From: Bryobacteraceae bacterium | Lineage (GTDB): Bacteria; Acidobacteriota; Terriglobia; Bryobacterales; Bryobacteraceae | Direction: 5' to 3' | Assembly (NCBI GenBank): GCA_965277555.1 | Contig: OZ255834.1 | Span: 6,744,804-6,808,803, forward strand | Length of the DNA: 64,000 bases | In this document: piece by piece, positions 1-8,823 of the stretch | Position numbering within the stretch: the stretch's first letter is position 1 | Layout: the number at the start of each line of letters is the position of its first letter | The notes under the pieces: model-generated | What the model was told of the DNA's origin: nothing | Databases searched by the model: none | The model's input: the letters and a program-made list of their open reading frames with translations, nothing else | Position numbers and translations under genes: made by a program

Positions 1-1
1 A

Positions 2-3000
2 GGCATAACGCTTCCATCCAATGTCGTCACGCTGGGCTATGTCTTCGGCAATGTAGATCAAGCGAGCGGTGCGTATTCGCTGCTGAGTTTGGTCCATTAC
101 CTCCCGCCGCCAGCCATCCTGGCCTGCTTCGATAGCGTCTTGGCTTATTGGCAGGCAGCGAATCAGTCCTATCCCAGGTCCGTCAAGCGCATCACCTTCG
201 GACTTCCAGCCGCTACCTCGGCCGCGGAGGTGATCGAGGAGCACCAGTATTTCGATTCGAGCGATCACGCACGCACGCTTATAGGTCTCCACCCCGATCT
301 GCTGACGGCAGAGCCGGCCTCCGCCGCCTACGTCCACGTTAATTTCATCGAGACGGACCAGTTCACTGTCAGGCTCAGCCAAACGATAGAAAGCCTCGGG
401 CCCGCTACGGCAGCCGTCAAAACGGGTCAGCCCAACGAGCAAGGCTGGGCCACGCTCATCCCCTACACAAAGGATGACGGCTATCCCGTTCGAACCTCCT
501 CTAACCTCAACGTCTACGATCCCCAATTTCATCCGGAAGTGGATACCCTGCTGGCGCGGACTGTCTACGATGTAAACCCGCGCGTAAAAGACGACACTAC
601 TTTGGGAGCCGATTGCACAGGCAGCGAATTAGTTAGTGGAGACGCCTTCAACGGCAAGCTCTGGTATCGCCACGATGGCGCACCCAACGTTGCTCAGTCG
701 TCTTCTTCCACTTCCAGCACTGACGACGATTCGCCGAATGTGAGTTTTCTCTCCCAGAACTCGATGGCCGGCCTTCAAATCTGGTCGAATCCCACCGTCA
801 CCAGCGGATCCGGCAGCGCGGTCACGGTCAATATCCCCGGTATCGTCAACTGGTTCCTTCGCTTTCTCAGCGTGTATGTTGTCTTCCGCGACGCCAATGG
901 CAACCCCTTAGACCCCGATAACCTGGGCAACATTCTTCCTGCGTACCCGCGCGATAAAGCGCTCGAAGCGAGCAACGGGGTCTTCGCCGGCGTTCTTCCG
1001 GCGCCATTTACGGTGGCCGGCATTCCGGTGGATGGCGGCCATTATTCGCTTACGCTTAATCTGCCGGAGAACGTCGCTGGATTTTCGCTTTACCTCGGCG
1101 GCGCGGGCTTCCTTCCTCCGCCCGGTGACACCGACAACAAATGGATTATTCCAGGAGCCGTCCTTACGGTCGTCGTCAATTATGCTTTTGTCACTCTGTG
1201 CATGATTGCCGGGGCGCTCCCGAATATCGATCCGATTCTTAGATTTCTCGGCATTACCGTTCTCTCCGAGATCATTCTTCCGCTTGTCACGCTGGCTGGT
1301 AGCGATGCTTTCGAGGGCGGGAACATCAACGTTGTTCAAGTCGTAAGCGCCCTGGGAAGAGCTTTTCTGAACGGTGTTACCGGCCAAACGTTGGCGCGGC
1401 TGATCGCTCTTATGACCGCGCAAATCGTGGTAGAGCAGATTGCCGACGATATCCCCGCTATTAACCTGATCGCCCGTGTCATATCCGCCGTGGTCGGCGG
1501 CGCGCAACTTGCCGAAACCTCCATCGAGCTTGCGCTATCGCCGCGCATTTATCAATTCGATCTCTCGCTCTCGCACTCCGTCACGCTCAACATCAAGCCG
1601 CAGGATGGCGAGTTTCCGCCTGTCATTCCCGGCCAGGAGGTTCTTTACTACAAGATCGTCTATATGTTCGCTTCCGGCGTGCCACCGCTGAATTCCAGCG
1701 CTCCGCCGCTTACTTCCGGCGCGCCTCCGCACACGCTCCCGCTCACCGACGTTGCCGATCCATCGAATTTGCCTTCCATACCCGTATCCATAAACAATAT
1801 TCCGCGTGGCGGCCAGATCGAAGTTCGCGTCTCCTTCTACATTCGCCCGCAGGGTTCCAGTCCTGACGACGCCAGCAACTTCTGCGCGGCGCAGGGAACT
1901 ACCGGGCTCGTCGACAACTCCACTGCGACGCTACCTGATATCGTTCTCACAGAAAATCAGCGGCCCATCACGCACGATACGGAATACGCCCACGTCATGA
2001 AAAGCGCTCTTAACCCTAATCAGACTCACTATTGGCTCGAAACCGCTGTTCCCCCGGCGTACGCGCCACCCGAAGGCAATGAGCAACCCGGCAGCCTGGG
2101 CGCTTTGCGCAACATCACCGTGCGCCAAGAGACCTCAACATCTCCTGGCTACGTCGGCTACGCATGGCAGAGCTACAGCGCTAACGTCACGGATTGTATT
2201 ACGCCAGACAGCCCTCAGCAGCTCGACTTAGTCGCCAATCTCAACACCTCCCCTGATAACAACGGCGCCGACGCGCAGTCCGGTTATGCGATCAGCCCGC
2301 GCGGTCTGGATAGCGCTAACGGAGCTTCCATCGCTTATAGCCTGTTCTCGAGTAATGCCCAGAATTTCTTTCTGGAGCCGGCCACTCTCATGCTGCGCCA
2401 GATTCCGCTCCTCCAACCCGCGTTCCCGGATCCTTGCGCTTCCGGACCGGTTTCGTTCGGCAAGTTGAATTTCGATTCCGACAAAATCGTTCTACATCCC
2501 TCCGGCTACTTCGTGAGCATCAACAGCGAATTTCACAAGTGCGAGTCTCATCCGTTAGCCGCTCAGGGGGTGCCCGATGCGCAGGCGCCGCAACTCTTAC
2601 TGGCGCGCGGATTCTCGGGCAAAGGTTCGCGCCCCGGGCTCATCAATACTCCACGCTCGGTGGCCGCCTCGCACGATGGAGTCGTCCTAATCCTCGAAGA
2701 CAGCGGAGCCAACAACCGCATTCAAGCCATGGATGTCGCGGGCAATCCCGTCAAGCTCTTCAGTAAGCAGCCCGTCCCTTACTTCCTGGTGCTGACCCAA
2801 ACTGCCAGTTCCCAATACCTCGATATCGCCGTCGAATTCACCGGTTTCATCTACGTCCTTTCGCAGAACGGCAACGATTTTCGGGTCGATATCTATCACC
2901 CGGATCAGGACGGGCAGAGCCCGCTTTCGACCACCCACGGAATCTTTGCCAACAACATCGCCATCGATTACTGGCGAGGACTCTACACCTTAAACTACGA

Positions 3001-3154
3001 AGTTCTAACAAATCCAGACGGCACGCTACCGTCCCTTACCGAGCCTTCGATCAGCTATTGGTATCCAAGCCTTCCGACGTCCACGGGCCGTCCGCCTCGG
3101 CGGCGACCTAAGCCGTACGGGCTCCCGGTAGGTCGCATCCAACCAAGAGCTTGA
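2..3154 (+). CDS. Large uncharacterised protein, 5' end outside window; central block of hydrophobic helices, C-terminal NHL/propeller-like repeats
   Basis: ORF track gives 89..3154, but the frame has no stop back to nt 2, so the TTG at 89 is probably internal. The centre (IIPGAVLTVVVNYAFVTLCMIAG ... ARVISAVVGGAQLAETSIELAL) reads as several consecutive hydrophobic or amphipathic helices. The C-terminus has blade-like segments (VLILEDSGANNRIQAMDVAGNPV, FIYVLSQNGNDFRVDIYHP). No family recognised. Confidence 0.75.
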   Translation, partial: GITLPSNVVTLGYVFGNVDQASGAYSLLSLVHYLPPPAILACFDSVLAYWQAANQSYPRSVKRITFGLPAATSAAEVIEEHQYFDSSDHARTLIGLHPDLLTAEPASAAYVHVNFIETDQFTVRLSQTIESLGPATAAVKTGQPNEQGWATLIPYTKDDGYPVRTSSNLNVYDPQFHPEVDTLLARTVYDVNPRVKDDTTLGADCTGSELVSGDAFNGKLWYRHDGAPNVAQSSSSTSSTDDDSPNVSFLSQNSMAGLQIWSNPTVTSGSGSAVTVNIPGIVNWFLRFLSVYVVFRDANGNPLDPDNLGNILPAYPRDKALEASNGVFAGVLPAPFTVAGIPVDGGHYSLTLNLPENVAGFSLYLGGAGFLPPPGDTDNKWIIPGAVLTVVVNYAFVTLCMIAGALPNIDPILRFLGITVLSEIILPLVTLAGSDAFEGGNINVVQVVSALGRAFLNGVTGQTLARLIALMTAQIVVEQIADDIPAINLIARVISAVVGGAQLAETSIELALSPRIYQFDLSLSHSVTLNIKPQDGEFPPVIPGQEVLYYKIVYMFASGVPPLNSSAPPLTSGAPPHTLPLTDVADPSNLPSIPVSINNIPRGGQIEVRVSFYIRPQGSSPDDASNFCAAQGTTGLVDNSTATLPDIVLTENQRPITHDTEYAHVMKSALNPNQTHYWLETAVPPAYAPPEGNEQPGSLGALRNITVRQETSTSPGYVGYAWQSYSANVTDCITPDSPQQLDLVANLNTSPDNNGADAQSGYAISPRGLDSANGASIAYSLFSSNAQNFFLEPATLMLRQIPLLQPAFPDPCASGPVSFGKLNFDSDKIVLHPSGYFVSINSEFHKCESHPLAAQGVPDAQAPQLLLARGFSGKGSRPGLINTPRSVAASHDGVVLILEDSGANNRIQAMDVAGNPVKLFSKQPVPYFLVLTQTASSQYLDIAVEFTGFIYVLSQNGNDFRVDIYHPDQDGQSPLSTTHGIFANNIAIDYWRGLYTLNYEVLTNPDGTLPSLTEPSISYWYPSLPTSTGRPPRRRPKPYGLPVGRIQPRA

Positions 3155-3214
3155 GCCCACGCCATGACGGAATGCGACATTCTTTATGATAAGATCCGGG
3201 CGTAGGGAGGAATA

Positions 3215-4102
3215 GTGGCTCACTACTCCAGGCGCGATTTTTTGAAGACTGGCGTGGCCGTCGCATCGTTCGCGGGCGTTGCAACTTTGCCGCTGCGGGC
3301 CGAGCGAGCGACCGCAACCGATTGGGTGACGCTGGGAAAATCCGACGTCAAGGTAACTCGACTCGCCTTTGGAACGGGCACCATGAGCGGGCGCGTGCAG
3401 CGCGATCTTGGACAAGATCAGTTCACGAAGCTAGTGCGTTATGCCTACGACCGCGGCATTCGTTTCTTCGAGACTGCCGAGTCTTACGAAGGAATGCACG
3501 AAATGCTCGGCGTGGCTCTCGAGGGCATTCCGCGCGACAGTTACCAGCTGATGACGAAGGTGACCACCAGGCCGGGGGCGGTCGATGCGCAGCAGAAGAT
3601 CGACGAACTACGCAAACTCGCGAAAACCGAGTATTTCGATATTATGCTGCTGCACTGGCAGCACGTGGCGTCCTGGCCGACGGACAGTCTGCGCTGGCAG
3701 GATGCGATTCTCGATGCCCAGTCGCGAAAGGTGGTCAGGGCGCACGGCGCGTCTATGCACGGACTGCCCGCGTTGCGCCAGGCGCCGGAAACCAAGTGGC
3801 TCGAAGTTGCCATGATTCGCATGAATCAGAAGGGCGTCGCCATGGACGCGGAGAACTACGCCACCACCGGACTGGGAAATGTGCCTGAGGTGGTCACGCA
3901 TGTTAAGCAGGTTCGCGGCGAAGGTATGGGCGTGATCAGCATGAAACTGGTGGGTGAGGGTAGATTCACTCAGCGCGCCGACCGGCAAGCGGCCATGAAG
4001 TTCGCCTTCCGGCACGCTGGAGTTGATTGCGTGACGGTGGGCTACAAGAACACCGGCGAAGTCGACGAAGCCATCGAGAACCTGAACCTGGCGCTCGCCT
4101 AG
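3215..4102 (+). CDS. Aldo/keto reductase with twin-arginine (Tat) signal peptide
   Basis: GTG start 6 nt after GGGAGG. The N-terminus MAHYSRRDFLKTGVAVASFAGVA matches the S-R-R-x-F-L-K Tat consensus. The body carries AKR-like segments (GIRFFETAESYEG, IMLLHW). Confidence 0.85.
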   Translation: MAHYSRRDFLKTGVAVASFAGVATLPLRAERATATDWVTLGKSDVKVTRLAFGTGTMSGRVQRDLGQDQFTKLVRYAYDRGIRFFETAESYEGMHEMLGVALEGIPRDSYQLMTKVTTRPGAVDAQQKIDELRKLAKTEYFDIMLLHWQHVASWPTDSLRWQDAILDAQSRKVVRAHGASMHGLPALRQAPETKWLEVAMIRMNQKGVAMDAENYATTGLGNVPEVVTHVKQVRGEGMGVISMKLVGEGRFTQRADRQAAMKFAFRHAGVDCVTVGYKNTGEVDEAIENLNLALA

Positions 4103-4160
4103 CGAGCGGACTTCTTCTTTAGCAGATCCCGGAACGCCAGCGGCCGGCCATGCACGCGGC

Positions 4161-4445
4161 TCAGGAAAAATTAGGGTGAAATTTTCTAGCTAGCGCGTCG
4201 GCTTCCTGCAACTGGAGCTTCAAGGATTTTTTCTTCGGGTCCCGGCGCACTTCGGTTTGTAGATGAAGGTGGTGCTGTTCGACACAAAACTTAAGGTGAT
4301 TCCATTCTTCACTGCCGGTGCGGTATTCCGCATCTTCCACCTCAAGGCGTGAAAGTAGTTGCGATCTGGCCGGATCGTGCGCGAACTTCCCTACAGCTTT
4401 CTTTAGAATGCCGCGCTCATCGGCAGCCGGTTTGAAGACAGACAT
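4161..4445 (-). CDS. Hypothetical small charged protein (94 aa)
   Basis: Only sizeable ORF in this gap. The product is helical and charged; no family recognised. Confidence 0.4.
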   Translation of the reverse strand: MSVFKPAADERGILKKAVGKFAHDPARSQLLSRLEVEDAEYRTGSEEWNHLKFCVEQHHLHLQTEVRRDPKKKSLKLQLQEADALARKFHPNFS

Positions 4446-4556
4446 CTTTGGCTTGCGCCGATAGTATCACTTCAGCGCAGGCCAACTCCACAGTGCGACC
4501 GCGGTTTCGACGAAGTCATCCTCGCTGCTACCACGTCTAACTAAGCGGAGAGGTAA

Positions 4557-5597
4557 ATGGAGACAGGTTCGAAGCATGCTTTTAAACTAGTTGTCGCCCT
4601 GCTCGCGTGCTCAGCCTGCGGTCTGGCGCAAACGACTAGATACGACTCAGCTCAAAACACGCCCCCCGCACCCACGCACTCCGGGTCGATGCCGCCAGGC
4701 CCTGCGCCTGAAGGATTTGTGGGAGCTGGCTCCCTGAATTATGTGGAAGGGCAAGTATCGCTCAATGGCCGGGCGCTCAATCGGCAATCGGTGGGACACG
4801 TCACGCTGCATGCCGGCCAATCGATCGAGACGGGAAACGGCTATGTAGAGGTGTTACTTACGCCGGGAGCTTTTCTGCGGGTAGGGCAAAACAGTGAGTT
4901 CCGCATGAGCGCGGTAGGGCTGGCGGACACGCGCATTCACCTCACCCGCGGCGACGCACTGGTAGAAGCCGACCAGGTTATCAATGGCACTCATCTGGAA
5001 GTGACCGTCGGAAACACGTCGGTAGATCTGCTCAAGAAAGGTCTTTATGGATTTACCGCCGACCCTCCGGACGTAAAGACATTCGATGGGAAAGCGGACG
5101 TGATTGGCCTCCACAAGAGCCGGGAAATTGGCAAACATGATCAGATCTTACTAGCCAACAATGACACTCTGAAAAAAACCAGCTTTGACGAGAAACAAGC
5201 GAAGCTAGATCCGCTCTATGTTTGGAGCGAGGCGCGCAGTCGCGATGAATCGGCTCAAAACCAGTTAGTAGCGCAGAATCCTCAAGGCTATGTTCCGACA
5301 GCGGCAGGTTGGTTTTGGGATCCGTACACCGACTACTATGGATTCTGGCCGCCGGGCTCTCTCTATAGCCCATTCGGATTTGGATTTAACGGCGGCTTTT
5401 ATCCCGGATTCTACGGCGGATATTACGGCGGTTACCATCGCGGCTTTATCGGCCGCGGACGATTTATAGGCGGAGGACACGAATTTGGAGGCTTCCACGG
5501 GAACGGCGTACCTGGCGGCTTCCACGGCGGAGGATTTCATGGTGGTGGATTCCACGGCGGAGGCGGATTTCATGGCGGGGGAGGCGGTCATCACTAG
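4557..5597 (+). CDS. FecR-domain protein with signal peptide and Gly/His-rich C-terminal repeats
   Basis: ATG preceded by GGAGAGG. Signal-like N-terminus (LVVALLACSACGLA). FecR-like beta segment (VEGQVSLNGRAL...GQSIETGNGYVEVLLTPGAFLRVGQNSEF). The tail reads GGFHGGGFHGGGFHGGGGFHGGGGGHH. Confidence 0.7.
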   Translation: METGSKHAFKLVVALLACSACGLAQTTRYDSAQNTPPAPTHSGSMPPGPAPEGFVGAGSLNYVEGQVSLNGRALNRQSVGHVTLHAGQSIETGNGYVEVLLTPGAFLRVGQNSEFRMSAVGLADTRIHLTRGDALVEADQVINGTHLEVTVGNTSVDLLKKGLYGFTADPPDVKTFDGKADVIGLHKSREIGKHDQILLANNDTLKKTSFDEKQAKLDPLYVWSEARSRDESAQNQLVAQNPQGYVPTAAGWFWDPYTDYYGFWPPGSLYSPFGFGFNGGFYPGFYGGYYGGYHRGFIGRGRFIGGGHEFGGFHGNGVPGGFHGGGFHGGGFHGGGGFHGGGGGHH

Positions 5598-5706
5598 GTC
5601 TAGCGGCGCCCGATCTCGTGAATACCCTGTGCCGCCGAAAAGAAATCACGCCGTAGATCCTGGGAATCGCCATCGATAGCGCCATCGCCGCGTAGACAGG
5701 CTCATA

Positions 5707-6078
5707 TCAGCCCTCCTCGGCGGGCCACATCACGCGCGCGATCGCGCCCGCCATCTGCTTCCACTTCGATTCTTCCGCTGCCAGCTGCTTCTTGCCCGCC
5801 GCCGTCAGCCGGTAATACTTGAACTCGCGCTTCAAATCCTTCCCCGCGCTCTCCCACTTCGCCGCCAGCCAGCCCTTTCGCTCCAGCCGATGCAGCGCCG
5901 GATAGAGCGACCCGTGCTCCACCTGAAGAAGATTGTCCGTGGTCCGCTGCAGATGCTTCGCGATCTCGTGACCATGCGCCGGCCCAAACACGAGCGTGCG
6001 CAAAATAAGCATGTCGAGCGTCCCCTGTAGCAAGTCGATCCGGTCGGATGATTTTTTCGGCATATACTCAGAAGACAT
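5707..6078 (-). CDS. PadR family transcriptional regulator
   Basis: LQGTLDMLILRTLVFGPAHGHEIAKHL...VEHGSLYPALHRLERKGWL...YYRLTAAGKKQL is the canonical PadR winged-helix pattern. Confidence 0.9.
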   Translation of the reverse strand: MSSEYMPKKSSDRIDLLQGTLDMLILRTLVFGPAHGHEIAKHLQRTTDNLLQVEHGSLYPALHRLERKGWLAAKWESAGKDLKREFKYYRLTAAGKKQLAAEESKWKQMAGAIARVMWPAEEG

Positions 6079-6338
6079 TCTACCTCCATTCGGGACTGGC
6101 TGGGTAGATACTCGACTGACAGCTACGCGCCGCGCTGTTGCTGGAGGGCTGGCGCAAACCTATTCGCGCGTGTTCTCGGATCTCGGTTGCGATTGCTTTG
6201 ACGCTGAAATGTCATAACCGCCAGCGTGGTGGACGGCGTGCATCTCGACGCGGATCAGCATTTGAAATTTGGCGCCGCACTGGCCGAAGTTGTGCCGCAA
6301 ATAATTACCGCGAGGAGGAGTGATGAGTAGGTGGCATT

Positions 6339-6405
6339 TAGCTACACTACTACTCGTCGCAAAATGCCACTTGGGACGCGCTCCCTCACGGGATTGTGAA
6401 AAAAT
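6339..6405. repeat. IS terminal inverted repeat (left)
   Basis: Reverse complement aligns with 8142-8199. The outer roughly 25 nt and the inner CACGGGAxTGTGAAAAAAT block are near-identical; the middle is diverged. Confidence 0.75.
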
Positions 6406-6595
6406 CCAACGCTGGGAAAACCGACGATGAAAGCTAGGCGTGAGGGAAGCTCGTCATTACAGAGTACATGGTTGCGCAAAGTATGTTTCGGCACGCCACG
6501 CCTGCCCAAGTTTTCTTTAGAACTGACCAACCGCCCTGAATCCGTCTCCGCGAGGGCACAAGGACGAGGGGAAAAGGCCTAGCATGATCGGGAAG

Positions 6596-7381
6596 CTACT
6601 GCGCGACCGCCGGTCGGACGCGGATCCACTGCTTGACGTTGTAAGCCAAGGCGATCCACAACGCTTCGGTACCCGCCTTCAGCAGCCCACGTACCGAAAA
6701 TTGCCTCAGCTTTTGCACTCCCTTGATCCACAGATGCGGAAACTCGGCAATCTCACAACGCTTCCGATAAAGCGTCTTCACCGCTCGACGTTTCATACGT
6801 GCCAGATAGTCGCTCATCGCTTTACTTTCTACCGGTAACTCCACACGCCGCGGCCCAGCGCGATAGCCGCAACACTGTTTGAGGAACTGGCAACTCTTGC
6901 AATCCTTAGCTTGGGCTTGAAAGATTGTTTTGACTACGCCGTGATGTTTCTTTTGTCCGATCGTCACCAAGGTGTTGCCATCCGGGCACAACAACTCTTG
7001 GCCACGCCCCTGCCGCTGAAAGGCAGTGGCTGCAAACTCTTTCGCAATCCCGGCGCGAGCGCACGCCCCGGCTTGCCGCGAGGCATCGTCTTTCCACGGC
7101 GCAATCAGTTCCACCTTCCGCTCGGCCGTTTGCTCCACGTTGGCGCGCGTGGCATACCCGTTGTCGGCGATGATCGTCCGCGGAGTCGCCAAGCCACTCT
7201 GCTCGATCTGCTCCAGCGCCGGTATCAGTCGATGCAGATCGTTACGATCGCCCGTTAATCCAACCGCTACGATCAGGCGCGATTGCGCTTCGCTGGTGAC
7301 CTGCATGTTGTAGCCGGGATGGAAGCCACCGTCGTTGTCTTTCATCTTGCGCGCTTCCGGTTCACTATCGCTGACGCGCAA
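6596..7381 (-). CDS. IS1182-family transposase, C-terminal part (orfB, +1 frame relative to orfA)
   Basis: RVSDSEPEARKMK motif, DDE second Asp (IIADNGYAT), Cys-rich CKSCQFLKQCC, and the C-terminal YRKRCEIAEFPHLWIKG...FSVRGLLKAGTEALWIALAYNVKQW. It overlaps orfA by 17 nt. Confidence 0.75.
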   Translation of the reverse strand: MRVSDSEPEARKMKDNDGGFHPGYNMQVTSEAQSRLIVAVGLTGDRNDLHRLIPALEQIEQSGLATPRTIIADNGYATRANVEQTAERKVELIAPWKDDASRQAGACARAGIAKEFAATAFQRQGRGQELLCPDGNTLVTIGQKKHHGVVKTIFQAQAKDCKSCQFLKQCCGYRAGPRRVELPVESKAMSDYLARMKRRAVKTLYRKRCEIAEFPHLWIKGVQKLRQFSVRGLLKAGTEALWIALAYNVKQWIRVRPAVAQ

Positions 7382-8090
7382 ATCCGCTCGATTTTTCGGC
7401 GTTGTGCGGGGCTTCCAGGTTTTCCAGTTCTTTCAGCGCCGCTTCGCCGCGGGCCACCGCTTCGCGCGCCGCACGCTGTTGCGCGGCTTGCCGCCGCTCG
7501 TCCATCTTCTCGTGTTCCTGGGCGGCTTCGCGGTCCAACTTCTGGACCACTTTGCGCGCCGCCTTCAGGCGTTTTTCTAATGTCCGGCGCCGGTGCAAAG
7601 AACTCTTCGCCGCTTGCGCCTTCATTTTGGTTCCATCTTGCAGCAGGGTCTCCAGATTCACCACTCCGGCTTTCTCCAGCATCGCCAGAAACTCAATGAA
7701 TAGCTTCTCCAGAGCCTCCCGGTGCCCCACCCGAAAATCCGCCAGCGTGTGATAGTTCACCTCTTGGCCTGCCGCTAGCCAGCGCAGCCCCGGTTCCTGC
7801 GACATCATCCGTTCAATCGACCGTGCCGAGGCCACGCCCATTGTGTAGCCATACACCCAGATGCTCACCAGCAGGTGTGGCGGCCAACAGGGCCGGCCCG
7901 CTTCGCCCTCCCGTGTTTTGCAGTCTTTGGCAAACTGTTCCAGATTGAGCTTCCCGGCCAGTTCCCAGATCACTCGCGCCGGGTGGTTCGCCTCGATCAG
8001 AATCTCGTAATCCAATACTTGAAAACTGGTTTGCGAGCGGTCGATCGGTTTGTACTTGATCTTGCCGACGAGCGGCTCATCGCTACTCAC
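7365..8090 (-). CDS. IS1182-family transposase, N-terminal part (orfA)
   Basis: InsH/DUF772-like N-terminus (NHPARVIWELAGKLNL...GRPCWPPHLLVSIWVYGYTMGVASARSIE...LRWLAAGQEVNYHTLADFR) and the first catalytic Asp region (LLQDGTKMKAQA). It ends at TAG 7365-7367. Confidence 0.75.
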   Translation of the reverse strand: MSSDEPLVGKIKYKPIDRSQTSFQVLDYEILIEANHPARVIWELAGKLNLEQFAKDCKTREGEAGRPCWPPHLLVSIWVYGYTMGVASARSIERMMSQEPGLRWLAAGQEVNYHTLADFRVGHREALEKLFIEFLAMLEKAGVVNLETLLQDGTKMKAQAAKSSLHRRRTLEKRLKAARKVVQKLDREAAQEHEKMDERRQAAQQRAAREAVARGEAALKELENLEAPHNAEKSSGFARQR

Positions 8091-8141
8091 TCTTCTAGCC
8101 TAAATCCACTTCCAACATTTTGTTCCCTAAATGTTCCTGAT

Positions 8142-8199
8142 ATTTTTTCACACTCCCGTGAGCAAGCGGCCTCTCGCATTTTGCGACGAGTAGTAGCTA
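8142..8199. repeat. IS terminal inverted repeat (right)
   Basis: ATTTTTTCACACTCCCGTG...GCATTTTGCGACGAGTAGTAGCTA. The last TAG (minus strand, 8197-8199) is also the stop codon of the adjacent YceH-like gene. Confidence 0.75.
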
Positions 8200-8823
8200 C
8201 CGCAATTGCGCTTCGAGTGCGTCAAAGCGACTCTTCAGTTCGTCGAGTTCTAAGCGCAATCTCTCGACTTCCTTTTCAAGCTGCGCAAGCTTCGTGGGTG
8301 AAGACGGCGGCGCGCTTTCCGCCAACGCTTCGAACACCGGCTCGCCCGACAGCAAATGCGTGTAGCGCGCCTCTTTTTGCCCTGGCTGGCGCGCCATCTT
8401 CTTCACCAGGGCGCTTTCCGCCAGCTTCTCCAGGACGCGCTCCGTCTCGGCCAAGTCGCCAAAAGCAAACATTCGTTCGCTGCGATCTTTGATCTCGCCG
8501 AGGGTCTGCGGACCTCGCAAAAATAGCGTGCACAAGGCCGCGCATTCGCGCCGCCCCAGGTTCAGCGTCTCCGAGATTCGCTGCGCGTACTTGTCGACGC
8601 GCCCGCTGCCCGTAACAAATAAGGCGAATTGCTTCTGGCGCAATCCTTCGAGCGCTCCTTCCACAATCTCGGCGTCATAGTTCACCACCGGATCGCGGTT
8701 CGATTTCTGATTGCAGCCATTGACAAGCGCATTCAAACTCAGCGGGTAATATTCCGGAGTAGTTGCTTCTTTCTCCATCAACGTGCCGAGCACGCGCACC
8801 TCCGCTTCAATCAGCTGCACCAT
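8197..8823 (-). CDS. yceH: YceH/DUF480 family protein
   Basis: LIEAEVRVLGTLMEKEATTPEYYPLSLNALVNGCNQKSNRDPVVNYD, a second winged-helix repeat, and a C-terminal coiled coil. Confidence 0.8.
   Translation of the reverse strand: MVQLIEAEVRVLGTLMEKEATTPEYYPLSLNALVNGCNQKSNRDPVVNYDAEIVEGALEGLRQKQFALFVTGSGRVDKYAQRISETLNLGRRECAALCTLFLRGPQTLGEIKDRSERMFAFGDLAETERVLEKLAESALVKKMARQPGQKEARYTHLLSGEPVFEALAESAPPSSPTKLAQLEKEVERLRLELDELKSRFDALEAQLR

Larger units (their letters stand above)
6339..8199 (-). mobile_element. IS1182-family insertion sequence (about 1.86 kb) with imperfect terminal inverted repeats of roughly 60 bp
   Basis: Bounded by inverted copies of TAGCTAC(..)TACTACTCGTCGCAAAATGC...CTCACGGGA(T/G)TGTGAAAAAAT at 6339-6405 and 8142-8199. 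It encloses the two transposase ORFs. Confidence 0.75.

Noticed and set aside
6311-6340. Strong Shine-Dalgarno (AGGAGGAG) plus ATG at 6323 (MSRWHL...) abutting the IS end, possibly a gene truncated by the insertion
   Set aside because: When the flanks are joined in silico, the reading frame continues antisense through the YceH-like gene with an Arg/Ala/Pro-rich product. This is probably a chance SD-ATG, although an IS-disrupted small gene cannot be fully excluded.
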